IMG/VR virus record: IMGVR_UViG_3300047496_000087
Span: 1 to 40,923 of that record
Source of the DNA: a virus
DNA length: 40,923 nt
Strand: one strand, 5' to 3'
Below, in pieces: positions 32,744 through 40,021 of this stretch. A program made the position numbers and the translations under genes. Numbering within the stretch: position 1 is the first letter of the stretch; each line of letters starts with the position of its first letter. The notes beneath the pieces are model-generated. The model saw only the letters and a program-made list of their open reading frames with translations. It did not search any database and was not told the DNA's origin.

Positions 32744-33391
32744 CTATTCCTTCCAAAACTTAATAGCGTTCAAACATTGCTTGACCGTAAGATCTGAAAG
32801 TTCTTTGACCTTGTTATATTCAAGAACTTTATCTTGAGAAAACTTAGGATTTTTGCTTTTGTTGATAAGATCGACTAATTTATCTAATTGTTCTTGATTG
32901 CAAAGAGCGTCTTGGCTTGATGGTTCTGCATACTTAGTCTTTTTCTCTTCAATATGATTTTGCTCCCCTTGGCCATCATCATCCTCATCCTCATCACGAG
33001 CGAATCCACAAAGAGATAATACACCCTCTTTCTTCATGTAAGTATTGGCTGATCCAATTCCTTGGTTGCCAGGCATCTCAGTAACAATATACGCTTCATC
33101 CTCTACCCATTGACCAGTAGGAGCATGGATAAGCCTTGTTACCATTATCTCCCTACCATCTTCTAATATTCTTTTACCATGCCATATCTTTACTCTGTGA
33201 GCCCTTAATCCGGGCCGGAGAGCAGCATAAATATCTTTTAATTTGGCATATTTATATTTCTTGTGACTATTCTCAGAAGTTTTCTCTACACCATCCCATA
33301 CTTCTTCAGCATTAAGTAGGGCTGCCATCAAGGCCCGTACATCATCAGACATATGCGGTGAGTTGCTTGGGCTAAATTCAGAAGGATTCAT
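32744..33391 (-). CDS. erf: ERF-family single-strand annealing recombinase (215 aa)
   Basis: KYKYAKLKDIYAALRPGL and GIGSANTYMKKEGVLSLCGFARDEDEDDDG parallel P22 Erf KYKYRSCEDILEGVKPLL and TGATSSYARKYCLNGLFGIDD. I prefer the ATG at 33391 (GAGGAAAAAT RBS). The alternative start is 33403. Confidence 0.7.
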   Translation of the reverse strand: MNPSEFSPSNSPHMSDDVRALMAALLNAEEVWDGVEKTSENSHKKYKYAKLKDIYAALRPGLRAHRVKIWHGKRILEDGREIMVTRLIHAPTGQWVEDEAYIVTEMPGNQGIGSANTYMKKEGVLSLCGFARDEDEDDDGQGEQNHIEEKKTKYAEPSSQDALCNQEQLDKLVDLINKSKNPKFSQDKVLEYNKVKELSDLTVKQCLNAIKFWKE

Positions 33392-33770
33392 ATTTTTCCT
33401 CATTGTTTATAATATGATCCATAACTTCCTTCATCTTATCGCTAGGAATACCCGTTTCTTGCATGGCTTGATATATCTTAGTGAAATCTCTTTTTAGATC
33501 TCTAAAAGTACATAGCCTTCTATCTAAAAATTCAAAGGCTGATCCAAAAGATAATATAAGAGCTGTATGCTGTTTAACCTTCTTATTCAATGATTCTTCA
33601 TGAGAAGGAGATCTATTTTCTTTGAGCTTGTTTATTTCTTGTGTAAGTTCATTTATTTTTTGTGCTTTCGCTACAACAATCTTATCAAGATGATTAACAG
33701 CATCTTGAATTCTACTATGATCCTGTTCAAAAACAGATTGACCGGCCAATAACTTATTTACAAACTTCAT
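33378..33770 (-). CDS. Early helical protein (130 aa), function unknown
   Basis: ORF with a GAGGAAATTAAAG RBS. Confidence 0.55.
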   Translation of the reverse strand: MKFVNKLLAGQSVFEQDHSRIQDAVNHLDKIVVAKAQKINELTQEINKLKENRSPSHEESLNKKVKQHTALILSFGSAFEFLDRRLCTFRDLKRDFTKIYQAMQETGIPSDKMKEVMDHIINNEEKYESF

Positions 33771-33960
33771 CTTTAATTTCCTCTAAATAATCCCTAATCT
33801 TCCTCACCGTCTTAAAACTCATCCCCTTCTTACTCTCAGGATCAAGCACATGCCCCATAGTAGTATGGGATAGCCCAACAAGCTTGGATAGCTCATGCAC
33901 TGATAGCCATCCATCAAAGTAAATCTTGATGATCGCATCTTTATAGTGCTTTTTGTTCAT
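33754..33960 (-). CDS. HTH DNA-binding protein (68 aa); first gene of the minus-strand block (Cro/regulator-like)
   Basis: WLSVHELSKLVGLSHTTMGHVL fits a helix-turn-helix pattern. It is adjacent to the divergent promoter region. Confidence 0.6.
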   Translation of the reverse strand: MNKKHYKDAIIKIYFDGWLSVHELSKLVGLSHTTMGHVLDPESKKGMSFKTVRKIRDYLEEIKDEVCK

Positions 33961-33974
33961 AGTAACCCTTTATA

Positions 33975-34002
33975 ATTATACACTTAGTATAACATAAATT
34001 AA
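33975..34002 (-). promoter_or_regulatory. Candidate leftward promoter
   Basis: Minus-sense TATAAT (plus strand 33975-33980) with a weak -35 TTAATT at 16-nt spacing. The -10 lies 14 nt upstream of the ATG at 33960. Confidence 0.3.
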
Positions 34003-34016
34003 CTTCATTGCAATAG

Positions 34017-34045
34017 TTGACATAGTTTAAATAGTATGCCATAAT
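34017..34045 (+). promoter_or_regulatory. Sigma70-like rightward promoter
   Basis: TTGACA (34017-34022), a 17-nt spacer, then CATAAT (34040-34045). It lies 45 nt upstream of the first plus-strand ATG. Confidence 0.6.
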
Positions 34046-34090
34046 AGTGTTAGTAGTTAATTAACCAATAACGTTTCTTAGGGGAACATT

Positions 34091-34246
34091 ATGAAAAAAC
34101 AATCATGTGGATGCTTTACGGAAGAAGAATTGATCGCTATGCATGAGCGGTCAGTGAGAGAGATGGAAAAAAGAAGAATTAAGACTCAGGAAGTGATTAA
34201 TGACCATAAAACAACTAGCAGCAAAACTACAAAAAGAGATTGATCT
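34091..34246 (+). CDS. Possible small protein (51 aa; below the ORF-track cutoff)
   Basis: AGGGGAACATT RBS before the ATG. Translation: MKKQSCGCFTEEELIAMHERSVREMEKRRIKTQEVINDHKTTSSKTTKRD. It overlaps the next gene by 47 nt. Confidence 0.35.
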
Positions 34247-34466
34247 ATCCATTGCTGAATTCAATAAAGGTCAGCAGAAGATCAAGGCTCTTTACGAACA
34301 AATTGAAGAAGTAGAAAAGGAAATGGCTGAGTTGGTATTTGACTTAGAGCCAGTAGAATCTATAGTTATTGCTCAAAATCCTACATTAGAGAAGCTATTT
34401 ACCACTTTAAAGAATGTCTACAAGGAGCATGATGACAAGACTAGAGCAACTGACAAGAGAGTTTGA
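34200..34466 (+). CDS. Coiled-coil protein (88 aa), function unknown
   Basis: AGGAAGTGATTA RBS followed by the ORF. Confidence 0.6.
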   Translation: MTIKQLAAKLQKEIDLSIAEFNKGQQKIKALYEQIEEVEKEMAELVFDLEPVESIVIAQNPTLEKLFTTLKNVYKEHDDKTRATDKRV

Positions 34467-34785
34467 TGAAGAACTAGCTAAGGTTAACACAGAATACATA
34501 GCCCTCTTTGATCAACTTGAGCCGTATAGAGGCAGAAAGTTGTCAGATGAAGAAGTAGCTACCAGCAATGACCTCATCAAGAGCATTCAGGTTAAATTCG
34601 GTGAGATGTATGCAGCATTCTATTTAATTGCTGTACGTCACAGCCATGCTGTTGCTATCACCAATGAGTTCACCACATTCTGTGAATCATTAGAAAAAGC
34701 AGGTTTCAAAAAACAGCCTGTTGAAAACGAAGTTAAAGATGGCGTGTGGCGTCCTAATGAATCACCCATTATTCTAACGGACTAG
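34414..34785 (+). CDS. Hypothetical protein (about 117-123 aa); start uncertain (34414, 34429 or 34432)
   Basis: ORF with several in-frame ATGs near AAGGAG. Confidence 0.55.
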   Translation: MSTRSMMTRLEQLTREFDEELAKVNTEYIALFDQLEPYRGRKLSDEEVATSNDLIKSIQVKFGEMYAAFYLIAVRHSHAVAITNEFTTFCESLEKAGFKKQPVENEVKDGVWRPNESPIILTD

Positions 34786-34851
34786 CCAAAACTGACCTTC
34801 TAGATATACTACAGACCAAAAAAGCTGTAGATACTCTAAAAAAGGTCACTA

Positions 34852-35535
34852 ATGGAACTCGCTCCACAAGAATACCGTTCACTTGAAATCAATCAGATAA
34901 TGATGGCTCTCGCTAAAGCTCAGGGTGCATACAAACCATTGGTAGCCAATGAAAAGGGCCCCAGAGGTATGTATGCCAACCTTGCGGCTATGATTGCATC
35001 AACTAGAGAAGCTTTATCAGGAAATGGTTTAGCATTCTACCAGTATGATGAGATCACCGACGATGGCGCTGGCGCCATTCTCATGAAGTCTATTATAGGC
35101 CATGAGTCAGGACAGTGGCTCAGTTCCATTGCCAGAATCGTTAAAATGGAAACAGAACGTGACACAGGCAGAATTGTTGAAGTCATTAGACGTAGACAGG
35201 CCATGATGTTGCTAGGAATTGCCCCATCAGAGAACGATCCTACCTTCTTTGATGACGATGGTGAGGAGCAAGCAGAATCGTTCGTTATAAGCCAAGTTCG
35301 TAAGCCTCGTACTACCAAGCCAGAAGTTAATAGAAATGATGTAGTCAATCCAGATCAGTATCAAGAATTGTTGATTGAATTGGAAGGATATGAAGATATC
35401 GCCAAAGATATTATGCAATGCTATAATATAGAAACCTTAGCCGATCTTCCACGAGAAGAATATCACAAGTCACTTATGAAAATACGTCGCATTAAGCGAA
35501 CACAAGAAGAGTACGAAAAACAGAAAAGTAGATAA
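34852..35535 (+). CDS. Second, divergent ERF-like recombinase (227 aa)
   Basis: INQIMMALAKAQGAY...GMYANLAAMIASTREALSGNGLAFYQ...IIGHESGQWL...RRRQAMMLLGIAPSENDPTFFDDDGEE follows the ERF motif order. It lacks the G.a.tY signature, so the call is weaker. Confidence 0.5.
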   Translation: MELAPQEYRSLEINQIMMALAKAQGAYKPLVANEKGPRGMYANLAAMIASTREALSGNGLAFYQYDEITDDGAGAILMKSIIGHESGQWLSSIARIVKMETERDTGRIVEVIRRRQAMMLLGIAPSENDPTFFDDDGEEQAESFVISQVRKPRTTKPEVNRNDVVNPDQYQELLIELEGYEDIAKDIMQCYNIETLADLPREEYHKSLMKIRRIKRTQEEYEKQKSR

Positions 35536-35572
35536 TATCGTTGTTGTAATCGAGTGTGACTACTTTTCTATC

Positions 35573-35611
35573 CCCCCCCGGTATCCCTAAGATACTTGGG
35601 GGGTTCGTTTT
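35573..35611 (+). terminator. Rho-independent terminator of the plus-strand operon
   Basis: Two-part stem, CCCCCC/GGGGGG plus GTATC/GATAC, followed by TTCGTTTT. It lies at the convergence with the minus-strand block. Confidence 0.75.
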
Positions 35612-35831
35612 AGCGCTTGCTCACATCCTCTAGTAGAGGTGTTTTTGCAGTAGGAACATACGGAGGCAACATTGGTGCAATATCTATTCCTGTCTCTGCT
35701 TCAACAACCACTTCCACTGCCTTTTCAAGGGCAGATTCAATAGGTGCAGGGCAATTACAACAGAACCGTGTAACGCCAATAGTCACAAGCGAGCCTGCGA
35801 TTATCAGTGATGCAACTAGAACAGCCATCAT
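35610..35831 (-). CDS. Small membrane protein (73 aa); last gene of the late block, a holin-like candidate
   Basis: N-terminal TM helix MMAVLVASLIIAGSLVTIGV followed by an acidic tail. No endolysin lies nearby, so the functional guess is weak. Confidence 0.35.
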   Translation of the reverse strand: MMAVLVASLIIAGSLVTIGVTRFCCNCPAPIESALEKAVEVVVEAETGIDIAPMLPPYVPTAKTPLLEDVSKR

Positions 35832-35851
35832 AGTAGCTCCTTCTGTAACGG

Positions 35852-37069
35852 TTACGCTAAAAATACCATTCCGTTAAAAGTTACTACGGTATTAGCTGCA
35901 AAACTTGTATTATCAACAGCTGATACGCTGCTACCCGCTGCATCTTGCGCAAGTAATTGCATCAAGCAGTTAGATCCATCTTCAACAACACGAGCACGTA
36001 TCCATGTTGCTGTTGCAAGAACCGTTGTTGCATCAATGCGTTCCCAACCAAAATCAGCAGTCGTATTCTCTACCGCAAGATCACGGTTGAACGGTATGCC
36101 CGAAATGGTAGCAGCTCCTGTAGAAGATCCCTTGCTACTTATAGAAAATTTACCTGAGAAAAAGCCAAGTTTACCAACTCTATAAGCGATCCCTTGTTGC
36201 ACGCCATAAACAATACCCGTTGATCCACCACCGAATTTAAGTACTGGCGTCCATGGTACTTCTGATCCAAAACTAACACCAATCCCAACAGTATTCCCTG
36301 CACCAGCAGTAAGTACCGTAACGCCATCAATAGTATCACCAACAATATTAAGAACACCGCCTGATGGAACAGCAGTACCAGTATCAGTGTGATAACTTGT
36401 CGCAATAGTTCCATCAGTTCCAATACGAAGTGTTGAACCACCAAGTACTGGCGAAGTAGTATGGATACCATTCACGCCAAATACATTCAAGTTACCTGCA
36501 GATGCTTCTGCAAAGTTACTATCATCAGTGGTGTAGGTAGTTGCTACTGAACCAGTCGTTGAAACAGTAAGTGTATGAGTTCCTGGGTTACCAACAACAT
36601 TGATGGTGGTTGTATTACCAACAACATCAATAATACCGTTGGTCGCAGGAAGTACATGTCCACCAGAGTTACCCTCAAGACCCTGGAATAACGCGCCACC
36701 ACCTGTATTATGGATTGTTAGTGTATTATTTAAAGGAGTTCCATCAACTGTAAGTCCAGTAATACCAGATTTCACATTGATATTGGCATTGTTGTCAGGA
36801 CTTACTGGGCCACCAGTATCACCAGTAAGTGTTTCAAGTCCACCACCCCATCTAATCCATTCAGCTAATTCACCCTTAGATTCCGTAGTACCTGCAAGTG
36901 ATACTAGAACCCAGGGTATTCTTGTTTCTTTATTAAGCCAAAGATCACCAATCTCATAATTGAGTGTATCGTATTGGTTTGGGTCTCTATCTTCAAATCG
37001 CCAATTTGGCGGTTGTATAGCTTTAGTTCCACGATAAGCAAGTGATTGTCCACCTAATCTATTTGACAT
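35852..37069 (-). CDS. Tail fibre protein (405 aa)
   Basis: N-terminus ...YRGTKAIQPPNWRFEDRDPNQYDTLNYEIGDLWLNKETRIPWVL. The C-terminal domain WTPVLKFGGGSTGIVYGVQQGIAYRVGKL...SSKGSSTGAATISGIPF is shared with 37083..38825. Confidence 0.8.
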   Translation of the reverse strand: MSNRLGGQSLAYRGTKAIQPPNWRFEDRDPNQYDTLNYEIGDLWLNKETRIPWVLVSLAGTTESKGELAEWIRWGGGLETLTGDTGGPVSPDNNANINVKSGITGLTVDGTPLNNTLTIHNTGGGALFQGLEGNSGGHVLPATNGIIDVVGNTTTINVVGNPGTHTLTVSTTGSVATTYTTDDSNFAEASAGNLNVFGVNGIHTTSPVLGGSTLRIGTDGTIATSYHTDTGTAVPSGGVLNIVGDTIDGVTVLTAGAGNTVGIGVSFGSEVPWTPVLKFGGGSTGIVYGVQQGIAYRVGKLGFFSGKFSISSKGSSTGAATISGIPFNRDLAVENTTADFGWERIDATTVLATATWIRARVVEDGSNCLMQLLAQDAAGSSVSAVDNTSFAANTVVTFNGMVFLA

Positions 37070-37082
37070 ATTATCTCCTTAG

Positions 37083-38825
37083 TTAAAGAACTATAGTTCC
37101 TGATAATGTTAGATCTGAAGTATTGGCAAAGGCCGTATCTTTAACGATGGTAATAGTTCCTGAAGATAAAGACTCAAAATTGAAACTTGTTCCATCATAT
37201 TCACATTCGATTGTGCCAGTTGTTGTTATTGATTTAGCTCTTAATGCTACTGCCGAAAGTCCCGTACTTGGACTAAAAGATAGCCCAGTAATAGTCGCAT
37301 TTCCAGTACTAGAACCTTTACTTGATAAAACTATTCTCATGCTAAAAGCAACTATATCACCTACACGACAATATGATCCAAGTTGTGTTGTATAAGTTAT
37401 ACCCGTTGTTCCACCACCGAACTTAAGAACCGGCGTCCATGAAGTACTTGCTACATAGGTAGATAAAATATTTGATCCACCATCAAAACTAACACCAGCA
37501 GCATATACATTTGCAGCAGTTCCCACATGTCCTGTACCATTTGGAGTCAGCATAATATTCGCATTGCCACCATTCGTAGTTAGTGTAAGAGCATTACTGC
37601 CAGACTGAATTGTCGTCTGGCTTGTTGAGGTTGTAGAGCCCACGGTCGTTGTCTTCGAGCCCGCTCCGGTGCCAACGTTCACGGTTGACCCAGTTGCATC
37701 TGTCGCCAGACTTACGGTCCCGCCATTTGCCGTTATTCCAGAGAATGTCAGAGTTTGAGTAGTCCCAGATCCCCCAAATGCCAGCCCGGTAGACCCACCA
37801 GTAAAAGTAAATCCTGAACCAGATAGTGCTCCACCTGTATCACCAGTAACGGTTATATTGCCCGCTGCTGATGCTTGGAAGGTTGGGTTGGCTGAGGTAC
37901 CGTTTGAAGTCAGAACATATCCTGTCGTTGCTGGAGATATAGAAGTCACTGCATTACTTGCACCTCCAACAAGTACATCATACTGAGTTACTGGGCTAGC
38001 GGTGAATGATCCTGTGCCATTACCAGTTAGTACGCCAGTAAGGGTAGTTGTCCCGGTTCCACCATGTGATGCAGCCAAGGTCCCTACCAATGTTTCTGTA
38101 GTGCCAGAACCAGAGAATGATAATCCTGTTGCCCCAGCTGTTAATGTGAATGCATTACCCGTAAGCGCGCCACCAGTATCACCAGTCAATGATATAGAGC
38201 TTGAAGGTGAAGCCTGGAAGCTGGGCAGCGATGCTACACCATTGCTGGTAAGCACATACCCCGAGTTGTTGATGCCAGAAGAGGCATATTGAATGGGGTT
38301 GGTTGTGCTTGTTCCGCCGCAGATAGGAGCATATGCAGTTGCACCTGATAGCACAATACCGCCCGATCCTGCCTGTAAGGTTGTCGTGCTGGTTCCATTG
38401 GTTGATCCGAGCACCGTGGTCTTGTTGCCAGCGCCTGTGGCAATATTAACTGTTGTTGGATTGCCATCAGTTGAGATAAATAGGTTCCCACTACCACTAT
38501 TGATATTGAGTCCACCATTGGTACTGGTAATGTTTAAATTGCCTGAACCACTTTGTATGGTGGTGCTGGAAGTTGAGTTGGTTGAGCCTACTGTTGTAGC
38601 ATGGGCATTGGCAGAGTTACCAACCGTTATCCCACCCGTACCACAATTGAGCGCTAGCGAACTTGCTGATGTAGATGACCCAATAGTCACCGTACGACCA
38701 GAAGTTGCTGTGGTGCCGATATTTACTGCGTAATCTATGTTATCTGTGCCTACGTTAAAGGTACCGCCGTTAAATGATACATCCGCAAGGACTATAGCAT
38801 TGTTCCAACTATTACGTGTGCTCAT
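37083..38825 (-). CDS. Tail fibre protein (580 aa)
   Basis: Its N-terminus is shared with 2158..3093. The internal module SISLTGDTGGALTGNAFTLTAGATGLSFSGSGTTETLVGTLAASHGGTGTTTLTGVLTGNG is shared with 3103..5802. Its C-terminus is shared with 35852..37069. Confidence 0.85.
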   Translation of the reverse strand: MSTRNSWNNAIVLADVSFNGGTFNVGTDNIDYAVNIGTTATSGRTVTIGSSTSASSLALNCGTGGITVGNSANAHATTVGSTNSTSSTTIQSGSGNLNITSTNGGLNINSGSGNLFISTDGNPTTVNIATGAGNKTTVLGSTNGTSTTTLQAGSGGIVLSGATAYAPICGGTSTTNPIQYASSGINNSGYVLTSNGVASLPSFQASPSSSISLTGDTGGALTGNAFTLTAGATGLSFSGSGTTETLVGTLAASHGGTGTTTLTGVLTGNGTGSFTASPVTQYDVLVGGASNAVTSISPATTGYVLTSNGTSANPTFQASAAGNITVTGDTGGALSGSGFTFTGGSTGLAFGGSGTTQTLTFSGITANGGTVSLATDATGSTVNVGTGAGSKTTTVGSTTSTSQTTIQSGSNALTLTTNGGNANIMLTPNGTGHVGTAANVYAAGVSFDGGSNILSTYVASTSWTPVLKFGGGTTGITYTTQLGSYCRVGDIVAFSMRIVLSSKGSSTGNATITGLSFSPSTGLSAVALRAKSITTTGTIECEYDGTSFNFESLSSGTITIVKDTAFANTSDLTLSGTIVL

Positions 38826-38843
38826 ACTATCTCCTTAAATGGA

Positions 38844-39029
38844 TTATTCTTTAGCAGTTCTATCAGCGTAGATAAATACTTTGTTCACATCATCCCATTT
38901 GTCGCCAATATCACAGCGGCCATCTTTGCAATGAACAACCATGTGTCCTCTTGGCGGAAGGAATTCCGCGCCTTCCCAAACAACCACATTTACTACTTCG
39001 CCATCTTTAATAATTGCATGTCGTGACAT
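38844..39029 (-). CDS. Small protein (61 aa) between the Gly-rich array and the fibre genes
   Basis: MSRHAIIKDGEVVNVVVWEG... ORF with an RBS. Function unknown. Confidence 0.55.
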   Translation of the reverse strand: MSRHAIIKDGEVVNVVVWEGAEFLPPRGHMVVHCKDGRCDIGDKWDDVNKVFIYADRTAKE

Positions 39030-39038
39030 AATAACTCC

Positions 39039-40010
39039 TTAGAAATATTCAATTACAATACAATATCCTGCTCCACCAGTTCCGCCTGCACCTGAGTTGG
39101 TACCGTTGAGGCTGCCGCCGCCTCCACCACCACCGCCGCCTGGTAGGCCACCTGTGCCACCTGCTCCAGCAGCAGCTCCTGCAAACTGTCCACCGCCACC
39201 GCCTCCTCCAGTTCCACCAGTAATAAGGCCACCCGTTGTAGTTATACCAGGATTGCCATCACCACCTCTAATAGTACCAGATTCAGTTCCGCCAGATCCA
39301 CCGGCGGTTATAGTAGATCCGTTCAAAGCATAGCAGTTAGCACCACCATTGCCACCAGCTCTTTCTGCTCCAGAATCGGCGCCACCTCCACCACCTCCTC
39401 CAGTTCCAAAAAGAGATCCTACAAATAAACTTGTAGTTACTGATGAATTAGCGGCAGTTGTTCCTGCTGTATTATTTCCCGCAGCGCCAGTAGCAGAATC
39501 TGTACCAACAGTTCCCGTATATTGCACTTGATAATAATCCCCTGATCCACCACCTATAGTAGTAGTCGTACCACCACCACCACGCGATGAAGAACCATTT
39601 CCTTTGGTAGAAATGTACCCTAAGGAAGTTAGCCCTGCAACGCTTCCTGCTGTACCATTAGTTGAGTTAGTGGTTTGAGCTCCACCTCCACCACCACCAT
39701 TACCAATAGTTACTGTTTCAGAAGGACCATAAAAAAATGCTGGAACAGTATAATAGGTAACTCCTCCTGCTGCACCACCTCCACCGCCTCCTGCTGCAGT
39801 AGTAAGACCTCTTCTTCCCGAACCACCACCAGAACCACCACTCCATAAAATGGTAGTTACGACACGCGTAGATGGGTTCTTAGTCCAAGTGCCACTGGCA
39901 GAAAAATTGGTAACTAGATAACTACCAGATATCGAACTTACAAGCCCACTGACATCCACAAGGTAGCCATCAGGAAGACCACCGGTACTAACTGTATTAT
40001 TGACTGACAT
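39039..40010 (-). CDS. Glycine-rich (polyglycine-run) virion protein, paralog C
   Basis: 323 aa with the same motif order as paralog A, ending GGGGGGGGSLNGTNSGAGGTGGAGYCIVIEYF. The 3' third is roughly 75-80% identical to paralog A at the nucleotide level by eye. Confidence 0.8.
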   Translation of the reverse strand: MSVNNTVSTGGLPDGYLVDVSGLVSSISGSYLVTNFSASGTWTKNPSTRVVTTILWSGGSGGGSGRRGLTTAAGGGGGGAAGGVTYYTVPAFFYGPSETVTIGNGGGGGGAQTTNSTNGTAGSVAGLTSLGYISTKGNGSSSRGGGGTTTTIGGGSGDYYQVQYTGTVGTDSATGAAGNNTAGTTAANSSVTTSLFVGSLFGTGGGGGGGADSGAERAGGNGGANCYALNGSTITAGGSGGTESGTIRGGDGNPGITTTGGLITGGTGGGGGGGQFAGAAAGAGGTGGLPGGGGGGGGGSLNGTNSGAGGTGGAGYCIVIEYF

Positions 40011-40021
40011 ATTACTTCCTT

